Source of the DNA: Chiloscyllium plagiosum
Taxonomy: Eukaryota
NCBI RefSeq assembly: GCF_004010195.1
Contig: NC_057718.1
Location: forward strand, 94,535,205 to 94,599,204
Reading direction: 5' to 3'
Length of the DNA: 64,000 bases
The translations under genes were made by a program, and so were the position numbers. Every line of letters begins with the position of its first letter. The stretch's first letter is position 1. Below are positions 51,335 through 63,194 of this stretch, one piece after another. The notes beneath the pieces are model-generated. The model was not told the origin of the DNA. It was given only the letters and a program-made list of their open reading frames with translations, and ran no database searches.

Positions 51335-52095
51335 CCTTCCTGGCTACCTTATAACTCTCAATCGCCCCAATTGAACCTTCACGCCTCATCTTTATATAGG
51401 CTGCCCTCTTCCCTTTAACAAGGGATTCCAAATCCTTATTAAACCATGGCTCTCTCACACGACCCTTTCCTCCCTGCCTGACAGGTACATACTTATCAAG
51501 GACACTCAATAGTTGCTCTTTGAACAAGCTCCACATATCAATTGTGCCCTTCCCTTGAAGCCTACTTTTCCAAGCCATGCATCCTAAGTCATGCCTCACC
51601 GCATCATAATTTCCCTGCCCCCAGCTATAACTCTTGCCCTGCAGTGCACACTTATCCCTCTCCATCACAAGAGTAAAAGTCACCGAATTGTGGTCAATGT
51701 TCTCAAAACTAAACTAGCTCCACCTGTCTGCATTTGGCCCATATCCCTCCAAACCTCTCCCATTCATAAACTTATCCAAGCATCTTTCAAACCTTGTAAC
51801 TGGACCTGCATCCATCACTTTCGCTGGCAGTACATTCCACTCTCTGGGTAAAAAAAGATGCCCCTTATGCCCTTTATAAATCTTTCTCCTGTCACTTTGA
51901 AAATATGTCCCCTAGTTTTGAGTTCCTCCTACCTCGGGAAAAGAGCCTTGTCATTCACCTCATCCATGCCCCTCGTGATTTCATGAACCTCAATCAGGGC
52001 ACCCCTCAACCTCCTGAGCTTCAGTGAAAAAGATCCCAGCCTTTCCAGTCTATTTTTATATCTCAAACTCTCCATTCCCTGAAACATCCTAGTAG
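51335..52095 (-). mobile_element. CR1 fragments (endonuclease-RT linker 51335-51700; 3' region 51705-52095)
   Basis: ORF 51303-51683 MWSLFKEQLLSVLDKYVP..EPWFNK; downstream CR1 C-terminal motifs. Confidence 0.88.
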
Positions 52096-53401
52096 CTCTG
52101 GTGAAGGAATTGAATGTTTAAACTAGAAGCAAATTAAAGCAGATGCTGGAATCTGTACTTAAATAAAAATTGCTGGAGCTCACAATGGATCAGGCAGCAT
52201 CCATGGAGAGAGAGCAAGCCAATGTTTTGAGACTAGATGACTGTCCATCAGAGCTGACTAGCTGAATGTTTAAGCTGGTGGACAGCGTGTCAATCAAGCA
52301 GGCTACCTTGTCCTGGATGGTGTTGAGCTTCTTGAGTGTTGTTTGCTGATAGGGAGCTCTCCTGATCCACCAAATGTGCTGAGAGGGGTGTTTACTCCAT
52401 GACACTAATTGACCTCACTTCCTGTTCACTGCCAGGTTTCCTCATCACAACGTGTTTCAACTAAGACCCTAAAGTGTGTGGCGTGCCTGATTTCAATGGC
52501 ACCCATCAACCATATGTCCTGCCCTGTGGAGCAAAAAAATGCAACAACAGAAAAGTTGGGAAAAATTCAGAAGGTCAGGCAGCGACAATGCAGGAAAGAC
52601 AAAGTTAACATTGCAACTCGATGATCAGTCACCAGTGTTCCAGAACTAACAGCAAAGCTACAAAGTGGATGTCGCTATGGGTTGGTATCACATTCCCATC
52701 ATTTCGCTTTTTTGGTTCCAACCCTCTCCCACATGCCAATATTGGGGTGATGGAAGGGGTTAATATTGAGATCTACGATTCAACAAAAATCTTTAAATTA
52801 GTTTAAAGGCCATCTTTTAAATAAAACAGAACTGGAAATGGCCGGGCCACATGACATTTGTAAATGTTAATCTTACTGCTTCCCCTTTGACTTTTACTGA
52901 TTGAAGCCACAAAAGAAAATAACACTTGTGTTCATATTTTTGACTACAATGTTGGGGAAGTTTTTCTTTTAATGGCAAAGTCAGATCAAAGGTTGTTTAG
53001 AATATGTTTTCTCTGTGTTATTTGTTGTCTGAAACTTTGTAACCTTGTATTTAATGACTTTTACGATAAGACTCAACTAATGAAGTCATTCTGATTTATC
53101 AGTGAGGTAGCTAAATAATGTGTGCTTCATTTATATTGGCTTTTAAGAAATAGCCCTTTCTCACCTCAGTGCTTTTTCTGCCTTCCATCAGCTTGTATGG
53201 GTTAGGATGCAATTACATAACATGGCCTTTGTTGTCCAGGTAACTGAAACAAGCTCCAAATTCAAAACATATTTCAACGTGGCCTCTTATGTGTCAAGTT
53301 AAGTATGAACAGCAAACAACAGATCCCAGGTCTGTGGTGACAGGACTGTAAAGGTACAGGAGGAAATTCAATTACTTTCGAATGGACAAAATTTGGAGAG
53401 A

Positions 53402-54178
53402 ATAGAACATAGAACATAGAACAATACAGCGCAGAAAGGCCCTTCGGCCCTCGATGTTGCGCCAACCTGTGAACTATTCTCAGCTCGTCCCCCTACACTA
53501 TCCCAAAATCATCCATGTGCTTATCTAAGGATTATTTAAATCTCCCTAATGTGGCTGAGTTGACTATATTAGCAGGTAGGGCATTCCATGCCCTTACCAC
53601 TCTGCGTAAAGAACCTGCCTCTGACATCTGTCTTAAGTCTATCACCCCACAATTTGTAGTTATGCCCCCTCGTACAAGCTGACGTCATCATCCTAGGAAA
53701 AGTCTTTTACTGTCTACCCTATCTAATCCTCTGATCATCTTGTGTGTCTCTATCAAATCCCTTCTTAGCCTTCTTTCCAATGAGAACAGATGCAAGTCTC
53801 TCAGCCTTTCCTCATAAGACTTTCCCTCCAGACCGGGCAACATCCTAATAAATCTCCTCTGCATCTTTTCCAATGCTTCCACATTCTTCCTGTAATGGGG
53901 CAACCAGAACTGTACACAATATTCCAAATGTTGCCGCACCAGCGTTTTGTATAGTTGCAGCATGATATTGCGGCTCCGGAACTCAATCCCTCTACCAATG
54001 AAACCTAACACACCGTATGCCTTCTTAACAGCACTATCCACCTGGGTGGCAACTTTCAGGGATCTATGTACATGGACTCCAAGATCCCTCTGCAAATCCA
54101 CACTACCAAGAATCTTTCCATTGACCCAGTACTCTGCCTTCCTGTTATTCTTCCCAAAGTGCATCACTTCACATTTAG
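53402..54178 (-). mobile_element. CR1 3' fragment (TTCTATG tail)
   Basis: ORF 53688-54167 QRDLGVHVHRSLK...[17 protein letters not shown]. Confidence 0.95.
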
Positions 54179-54605
54179 AATAGGATCAAAGATTTTAAAA
54201 TAGGAACATTTTTTGGCAGGGGTGATTGGAATAGTGCCATAGAGGAGCATTATCAACATCTCCCTTGTAGCCTTAAGTTCCTGATCTCAGACCTATTGCA
54301 ACTGGCCCATAGCTGGGAAAGATCGGGACTCTTACTTACACGCTTGCTTACAATCGCTGGGCAAGGTCCATAGAGATTAATAGGACAAGCTCATTTTATT
54401 GTCTATATGATCTCAGGCAGGAGGGTTTCACTCAACAACCTGCAGCTATGGATTTCAGCTAGGTCTCTATCTTATTGCCTGCAAGAAATTTCACATGTGT
54501 GAAATCTCCAGATTATATGAAGAGAGCCCCGTCATGGATGACAGCATTTAATGGTTTACTGAGTTTAAGAAGAGTTCCTGTGTTTAGAGGCAGACAAGAC
54601 TCATC

Positions 54606-54896
54606 GGGGAGTCCAGAACGAGAGGGCATAGGTTTAGGGTGAGAAGGGAAAGACATAAAAAAGACCTACGGGGCAACTTTATCACACAGAGGGTGGTACG
54701 TATATGGAATGAGCTGCCAGAGGTGAAGGCTGGTACAATTGCAACATTTAAGAGGAATTTGGATGGGTATATGAATAGGAAGGGTTTGGAGGGATATGGG
54801 CCAGGTGTTGGCAGGTGGGACTAGATTGGGTTGAGATATCTGGTCAGCATGGACGGGTTTGTATGCTGTACATCTCTGTGACTCTATGAGTCTATG
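54606..54896 (+). mobile_element. CR1 3' end
   Basis: GESRTRGHRFRVR..RGNFITQRVVRIWNELP; CTATGA tail. Confidence 0.92.
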
Positions 54897-55630
54897 TCTG
54901 TTTTTTGCAGCTTGGTTTTCCTGGAACAAATCACTGTGGCTTGAACCTACACATCATGCATGGATCTTGGTGTCTGCCTTAAGATATTAGAAAACCCATT
55001 AACATTGTTCCTGTGTTGCTCTGTTTACATTGACAGCGCTAACTATCTGCTGATTTTGTTTTCGCTGTTTGTGTTGGCAACCAGTTCATGCTTCAATCAC
55101 CAGCCAATTCAAAACATTATTCCAAGGGAGAAATGCTTAACAGCAAAAACAAATGAATATTCGCATGTTTTCCATCCAATTATACAACAGAGAGATTTTC
55201 TCTTTGCAATTAATATGTGCAGGCCACACAATATTACCAAAGTCCACCAATACATGGCCACATATTCTGTGGGTTTGACCCTTGTGTGCCTAAACTCATA
55301 CTTTTACACAACTGAGTCAACTTACAGTCACATATTAAATTGATGTCCCAGTGTCACTTTACTTGGTTCCTGCTATACATACATCTGGCATTGTTTTTGA
55401 CATTCAAGATTTCCGTATCTCACTGGTTGTGCAGTCTAGGCAGCCTCCTTGAATCTGTCACCCACTCCCTTTGACCTCACATCATTCCTTATCCTGTCAA
55501 GACCACTCCTGGCAATTTTCTATTCTGTTCCTTTCCAGTTACATCTTTTATCACAAAAGCCAAAATGGTTAAACCCTTTTAGTGTACTGTTTAAATTTAG
55601 ATCAGGTTGGAATCTGATTGGCAGCAGCAT

Positions 55631-55760
55631 TGTCGAGAGTGTGGTGCTGGAAAAAGCACAGCAGGTCAGGCAGCATCTGAGGAGCAGGAGAGTCGACATT
55701 TCGGGCATAAGCACCACACTCGCAACTCTGATCTCCAGCGTCTGCAATCCTCACTTTCTC
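55631..55760. mobile_element. PLE family A palindromic mini-element
   Basis: GTCGAGAGTGTGGTGCT...TTTCGGGCATAA|GCACCACACTCGCAACTCTG; flanked by CAGCATTGTC duplication. Confidence 0.8.
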
Positions 55761-56074
55761 ATGACATTTCTCACAGCATTGTCCTGAGAAATGAAAGAGA
55801 GAATGATTTTGCTGAATCGAACAGGCAGAATACCAAGTACGTGTTCTCACTAACTGCAAAGATCCAGGTCTTATATGGAGCTTCTAGGTTTTGTACGAAC
55901 TGACATTCTATTCTTATAGTAATGGCAACCTGCATTTATATAGCTCGTTTAACATAGTAAAATGTCCCAAAGATTGATTATCAGGCAAAATACTTGAAAA
56001 CTACATGTGGAGGTAGAAAGTCAAATAATCATAAGTTTAGACAAAGAGGTAGATTTTAAAGAGCACCAGAAGGG

Positions 56075-56165
56075 AAGAGAGAGATAGAGGGAGAGAGAGA
56101 GAGAGAGAAAGAGAAAGAGAGACAGATTGAGAGATAGAGAGAGTGGGGGAAAGAAATAGAGAGAT
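56075..56165. repeat. Imperfect (GA)n microsatellite
   Basis: GAGAGAGATAGAGGGAGAGAGAGAGAGAGAGAAAGAG... Confidence 0.9.
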
Positions 56166-56954
56166 TTAAGGAGGAAATTTCAGAGTTCAGGCAGAAATAG
56201 AAGTTTGGCCAAAATAGTTGAGAATCCAACATACCAAGAATGTCAAATAATAAGTTCCTGATGGACTTTGATTGCTCCACTCCATTAACCAATAAAGGTA
56301 ATTCAATAATTCAATGCAATTCATTACCCAACTCTCAAACTGCTACACGCCCCCCACTCCATAATCCATGGCACAACACCAAAACATAAATGATACACCG
56401 ACCTATGCCACAAACACTGGAATATTCAAATACGTCTGTCATTAATACTAAGTTTAAAAGTTAACATTGATCGGCAAGTTCCAACTAACGCCAGCTTCTA
56501 ATGGTTTATTAAGATCTGGCAGGGTTGAGAGCTTTGTCAAAATGAATGATATCCAAACCAATATGAAAATCCTCTGCTTGGAAATGAGAATTGAATGTTC
56601 AAGAACCATCCAACAAGTCTGTCAACACGTGAAGAGAAATGATATCGAGCTCTGATGGAGCATTTCCATCTGTCTTCTTTTGTTTCAAACTGTGGACAAG
56701 TCAGCTGTACATTGTTTGCTGACACAGTTTAATTGAAACACAACAATCATACCCTTTCTGGTAACTGACTGCAACCTCAAACATTACAAAGCTGTTAATA
56801 TCACAACTGCAAGCTCTTTTCCTATTGAAGACAACTTAAACACACGGCTAACAAGATGATGGCAGGAGATAGTTGAAACACCTTTGGAAAACAAAACCAG
56901 GAATGTTAACTTTCCCTGATGGATGAGGAGAACAGGAGACTGGTTAAAGTTTTC

Positions 56955-57330
56955 TTTCAATTAATGCATGGGTGCAAGCTTTACTGGCTAGGCTGGCATT
57001 TATAACCCCCGCCCCACCCCCACCCACCCTCACCCCCCCCCCCCCATCTCCCCAGTAATTGTCTGGAGGTTACTGAGAATCAACCATATTGCTGTGGGTC
57101 TGGAGTCATGTGCAGGCCAGACAAGGTAAAGACAACAGGTTTCCTTCCCAAAAGGACATTAGTGAACTAAGTGGGTTTTTACAACAAATCAACAGCGATC
57201 ACACTATCATAGTTCAGCCAGATTTTAATGTTATTGACATCAAATTTCACCATCTGTTATGGTGGGTTTGGAGCCCAGTGCATTAGCCTGGATTACTAGG
57301 CCAGACATATTTCCACCACATCCCCTTGAT
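56955..57330 (-). mobile_element. SINE of the 22925 family with a C-rich tract
   Basis: TTGCTGTGGGTCTGGAGTCA..TGCAGGCCAGAC..AAGGACATTAGTGAAC; C-rich tract at 57005-57050. Confidence 0.78.
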
Positions 57331-59114
57331 CTATTCACTTCTAGCTCCATTTCTCCTGATCGTCTGCTGGTTTCCGTGGCAACCATATGAACATACACAA
57401 ATTGCTGTTTTTTTAAGCCCATTGCTGAGCAAACACCCCCAACATTGAAGTCAGTGAAGTCTTCTGTTGGTAACTTAATAGACCCAGCTTCCTGCAGCCA
57501 GGAGGAGGAGGTGGACCCGAGAGTGTGGCTAGGCCCCTGCTGCCTCGGACTCTTATCTTTCCTTTCCCCACCTACTCAAATTTAAGCCCCTACGCTATCA
57601 TGTGACTCTATCAACCAGTTAAAACCCCCAGTCTTTGCCCTTCATCCTCCATTGTCTCTTTCCCACTCACTAACCTTCAGTGAAACTCTTTTGCTAAAGT
57701 TGCTCTGGGCCTCTGCTAAAGGCCCATGAGCAGGATTTGTGAAGTGATCTACCCAAGCTAGGAATTGAAATTGACCTTAAAACTACCAGTGTAAACCCCG
57801 TCAGTGAATTCCTCACAGGCCACTTCTAATTCCTCCGAACACGTCCCTGCAATTCCCGTGAACCTGCTGCAAGTACATCAGTTGATAAGGTCAATTCATT
57901 TTTAGAATGACTGAATTGCAGGAACCATTTCCTCTACGCAGCATGAGTCACGATACACACACTAGGTGGGCTGGGCTTTCTGAGTGCCAAGATGATACAC
58001 GTCAGAGCAGCTCAGACACACAGGGGCCAGGGAAAGGGCAGCTTGCCAACTGCACTCTTGTCTTTAGTTATTTCTCCAACATCAGCAGTCACTGCTTTTC
58101 CTCTGCCTCAGCCTGGCAGTGGCTGCTGTGTTTTCAGGTTAGAGTAACCTCCATTGCTTCCAGGGCTTGTAAGACTTGCTCAGAACGCATTCACAGTTAT
58201 GAGAATACTCCCTTACGCGAACCTCTTTCCATGTCACTTTCTCTTAGACTCTCAGATCACCGTTGCTCTGGCAACACTGCAGGTGCTCAGCCTTTCTTGC
58301 CACCACATGGCCTCAGCCTCAGATACTCGCACAGCAAGAATCAACTGATAGCCCAGAGTCACTCCCTTTGGGGGAAGATGAAGAATTTACGGTTATCAAT
58401 GCCATCTCGGACATCCTCACTGGGACAGGCATCGTCAGTTAATTATTCCTGTGAAGCCATTAGTGAGTAAGGGAAGGATGTCAAGTTAAGGAGGAAATGA
58501 CATGAGAGGTGAAATGAGAGGTGGAAAGGCCGTGGTAATGAACAAGAGCATGCCAGTGTTGGAGAAGGCACAATTACACATTGTTAGGAAGTTGTAATGG
58601 AGTCAGCTTTCTATCTAGACTGCATCATAGGGTTGGGATTGTGGGGGAAGGGGGGGAAGGTTCCACATGCCATCAGCCAGAGCATATTATGAATAGTTTG
58701 TTGCGAAGGGCTGCTTTAAGAGGTGGGTCATGTGTTGTCCTGCGAAAGAATCTGCAACTTCTCTTCACACTGTTACTCTGGCAGTGAGGGATTTGGCAAT
58801 TGTAGTGGCACCACCAGCTCTTGGCACCAGTGACACTTCTGATTGAGGCAATGGTTCCACCTAACAGTCAATAGTCCGCTGGCCTTGCCTCTTATGTCCA
58901 AGGAGGTTGGGATAAGCGATACACATTCTACATCCACAACGTGGTTCTGATGCAACTCAAGCACAGATACCAGTTCAATCTTCATTATTTGGTCCCTGTG
59001 TAAATAAACTATTGGTTAGGCACACACAATGACTCCATTTCCTGAGAGGAATGAAGCAGACCTACCCTCTTGCTTGTATCCCACGGTCCTAGTAATGTGT
59101 CGCAGGTTTGCAAT

Positions 59115-59310
59115 TTAAAACAAAATCTGAAGTTTGTGAAAGAACTCAGCAGGTCTGGCTGCATCTGTGGAGAGAAAGCAGTTGTTAACATTTTGGGTCT
59201 TTGGACCCGAAACCCTGCTTTCTCTCCATAGATGCAGTCAGATTAGCCGAGCATTTCCAGCAATTTCTGATTTTGTTTCTGATTTCCACAATCTGTTGTG
59301 GTTTTGTTTT
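59115..59310. mobile_element. PLE family C palindromic mini-element (older)
   Basis: CATCTGTGGAGAGAAAGCAG / CTGCTTTCTCTCCATAGATG arms; centre TTTTGGGTC..GACCCGAAAC. Confidence 0.7.
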
Positions 59311-59368
59311 GTGTAATTTAAAAGACTATACAATTCATGGACTCGTTCTCTTAGCCAGTGTGCTTTTC

Positions 59369-59410
59369 TGCAAACATTTCGTCACCTTGCTAGATGACAC
59401 CATCAGTGCA
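59369..59410 (-). ncRNA. Hammerhead-like motif (family E) with CUGAUGG core variant
   Basis: tgca-CTGATGG-t-gtcatc(tagcaa)ggtgac-GAAA-tgtt-tgca; second, more decayed copy at 61631-61672 (+). Confidence 0.6.
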
Positions 59411-60361
59411 TCTTCGTTAAAGTGTTGGTGGCCTATCCTGCCATGTATTTATATGTCTCTGTTGGTACTTCCAGTTCTGTATCTGACTCGTTTGTATACG
59501 GGATCCAGTTCATTGTGTCAATTGATTGAATTCCAGTTGGAGTGCCATGAATTCTCTGGTGTCTCTCTGTTTAGCCTGTGCTAGGATGGTTACATTGTCC
59601 CAGTTGAATTTGTGTCTGTGTGGTTGGAAATGAGAGAGTACTGGTCGTGTCTTGAAGTGTTGTTCGTGCACTCGTATGGTCAGTTTTCTTCCCGTTTGTC
59701 CTACATGGTGCTTTTCACAGTCTTTGCAAGGTATCTTGTTAGATAACATTGGTCCTGTTGAATGTGGGTGTCCGGTCTTTGTGAGGAGCTGGTGGAAGGT
59801 ACTTACTGGTTTGTGGGTCACTAAGATTCTCAGGGTCTGAGTAGTCAGGTAGATATCTCTAATATGTCTTCGATGTATGGTATGGTATAGTCGCTATCTG
59901 TCTAGTCGTGCGGTGTTTTCTTCTTTGGATTTAGTCCCGTAGGTACCAGAGGAGAGTGCTCTTGGGATACCCGTTTCATTTAAATCCTTTGAATAGATGT
60001 TCCTGTTCATTCTCCTGGAGTTGTGCGTTGCTGCAGTGTGTCCTTGCTCATTTAAATAATGTCCTAATGCAGCTCCGTTTGTGGGTGTTAGGGCGGTTGC
60101 TGTTATAATTCAGTATTTGGTCAGTATGGGTGTTCTTACTGTACACACTGGTCAGGAGTTCTCTGGTAGATGTGCGTTCCACCAATACGTCCAGGAAGGA
60201 GAGTCTGCTGTTGTTTTCCTCTTCTTTAGTGAACCTTATTCTGGTGAAGATCTTTTTGATGTGGTGGTGGGCTTCTTCCAGTTGTGATGTTTAATGATGA
60301 CAAAGGAGTCATCTACATACCAGATGGTGGGGAGGGCAGCATTCCGTTACTGCTTCTGCTA

Positions 60362-61112
60362 TCATAGAGTCATGGAATCTTAAAGATATACAGCACAGCA
60401 ACAGACCCTTCAGTCCAACTCATCCATGTCAACCAGTGTCCTAACCTAATCTGGTTCCATTTGCCAGCACTTAGCCCATACCCCTCTAAACCCTTCTTAT
60501 TCATATACCCATCCAGATGCCTCAGGCGACTGACTGTGTTGAGTTTGCACGTTCTCCCCGTGTCTGCGTGGGTTTCCTCCGGGTGTTCCGGTTTCCTCCC
60601 ACAGTCCAAAGACGTGCAGGGTCAGGTGAATTGGCCATGCTAAATTGCCTGTAGTGTTAAGTAAGGGTAAATGTAGGGGTATGGGTGGGTTTCGCTTCGG
60701 CGGGGCGGTGTGGACTTGTTGGGCCGAAGGGCCTGTTTCCACACTGTAATGTATTGTAATGTAAAGTGCTGTACTTGCACCAGCCTCCACCACTTCCTCT
60801 GGCAGTTTATTCCATAAACACACCACCTTCTGTGTGAAAATGTTGCCCCTTAAGTCCCTTTTAAATCTTTCACCTCTCACCCGAAACCTATGCCCTCTAG
60901 TTCTGGCCTCCCCTACCCCAGGGAAAGACCTTATCTATTTACCCTATCCATGCCCCTCATGATTTTGTAAGCCTCGATAAGGTCACCCCTCAGCCTCCGA
61001 CACTCCAGGGAAAACAGCATGTATTCTGAATATTCTGCCTCTCCCTATAGCTCAAACCTTCCGACCCTGGCAACATCCTTGTAAATCTTTTCTGAACCCT
61101 TTCAAGATTCAC
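60362..61112 (-). mobile_element. CR1 3' fragment inserted in the PLE RT, itself carrying an HE1 (about 60521-60765, +)
   Basis: [24 protein letters not shown]; separates PLE PMGSP from AEAV. Confidence 0.92.
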
Positions 61113-63194
61113 ATCGGGGACCCCATTGGTGTGCTGTTGATTTGTTTGTACATTTGTCCATTGAATGTAAAGTGAATTGTGAGACATATGTCTAGTAGTT
61201 TTAATACGCTGTTCTTGTTGATGGTGCTGGTGTCATTGGGTGTCCATTTTGTTCAATAATGCGGCAATGGTATCCTTGGCTAGGTCGATGTCAAAAGATA
61301 TGAAGAGTGCTGTTATATCAAATTAAATCATTATTTCATCCTCTTCTATTATTGTGTTTCTGATGATGTTGAGGCACTCCTAGGATGAGTGGATGGAGTG
61401 GTTGGAGTATTCTATCAAGTGTTTAAGTTTTTTTTGCAGCTTCTTGGCTAACCTGTAACAGAGACACACCAGAGAATTCCTTGAAGCCTGGCATTCCAAC
61501 TGGAATTCAATCAATAGACACATTGAACTGGACCCCATATACAGACCAGTCAGATATAGAACCAGAAGTACCAACAAACAGAGACAGAGGAATCCCTGGC
61601 GGGACAGGCCACCAACACTTTTATTGAAGATGCACTAATGGTGTCACCTAGTGAGGCAACAAAATGTTTGCAGAAAAACACACTGGCTTGGCAAACGAAT
61701 CCATGACTACATCCACAACCTGAGCTATACATCTTCACAAGAACACTGTACAATTCAGCTGCTCTCTCTAGTTCTAAACCTATCTTACGTGAATGAATTG
61801 AAAAGGCGATTTTAACCCTTTAATCCCTCATTCAGACCAGCTGAGGGTCTGGTTCCTTTGTTCAAACATGTATTCATGCATTGGCGGTGTACCCAACAGT
61901 GATGGTACACAACTCAAGTTTTACAACAAAGACCGTGGCTTTGTATTATTTCTACAGATAACAGTGGAATTTGATTTCCAATCAATTCCAATTTCCAATC
62001 AATAGGTTATGTATTTTTTCACTCTACCTAACAATGCTCAAAGAGTTTATATTCCAGATTAGCACATGTGCCTGCATTATCCAATCACATTCAAAATAGC
62101 ACACATTATGAGATTATCTGATCATATAATATGATGTTCACATGCATGTACATACTTGTGATTATTGGAAACTCTTTAATGTCTCTTCTCCCTCCATACA
62201 CCCATCCAGATGCCTTTTAAATGTTGTAACTGTACCAGCCTCCACCACTTCCTCTGGCAGCTCAATCCATACATGCACCACCCCGCTGCATGAAAAGGTT
62301 GTCCCTTAGGTCCTTTCTCAGTCTTTCCCCACACTTACTGCAATAGCAGCTTACATCACACTGAGAAAATTCTGGATTACAATCTTCTAACATGTCAATA
62401 CCAGGATGTCACTGTTTCTTCCCATTGTAATGACACATCCTGACTTTTGATTCTAACACATCATTGGACTACAAACGACACATTCTTCTTGTTCGTTGTG
62501 AGATTATTTATATTAGATAAAATCGATCTGTCTTTAAATTGAGCTTCTCAAATTAAAAGTAAAACAGCAAAAGACAAGAAAATAAATGAAATGAAATATA
62601 TGAAGAACTGCTCAATGATATACTGGAGTAAAGAAAGAATTGGCAAGTGCTAACAGCAGGAAAACGAGAAAGAAGAAAACAAATTGCCTGCGACCAGCAG
62701 AAAGGAAACAGCAGATGCTTGTTCAGGAACAGGACAAAAGCCAGGCAGACCCATCAGATTTAGTTCCTTTTGATCAGTTGAAAGATTTGGAATTACATCA
62801 CATTCTCTCATCTGGTCCTTCCTGCTCCAACCGTGAGAAAAAAAACAAAGGCCTGCACTTGTAGGCCTCATGAAGGTGAGGTAAACAAGGCCTAAAGATA
62901 CTTGCAGTCTCCTGACCCTACTTCCAGTGGACAGTCTATCAGGGTTAATGGAGGTGAATTGACAGTCTCCTGTTGGCCTTCAGTTTCTCGGTGTGACAAA
63001 AGAGGTTCACTTGACCCACAGCGGGTGTTCCAGACATGCCTGCAGAACGTCACTTCATGCTCGGACAGAGGACAGTGGGCACGCTAAGGCCTTACTGTAG
63101 AGGAGGAGGAGGAGGCCTCACTGACCCCTGACCCACCACCACTTCCACGGTGCTTCCTCATTTTAACTGATATTCAGTGTTCATTGCTCAAACA

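Larger units (their letters stand above)
59338..61744 (-). mobile_element. Penelope/Poseidon-type PLE (family E): RT plus GIY-YIG, inverted pseudo-LTR at the 5' end, 13-bp TSD
   Basis: TSD ACT(A/G)TACAATTCA at 59325-59337 and 61745-61757; FDITALF, PMGSP, WYVDDSF, LSFLDVLV and KIPCKDCEKHHVGQTGR; 59338-59582 is inverted at about 61455-61705. Confidence 0.92.

Noticed and set aside
57907..58470. 187-aa Ser-rich ORF as a host exon
   Set aside because: No recognisable domain; composition and neighbourhood are more consistent with a decayed transposon. Unresolved without a homology search.
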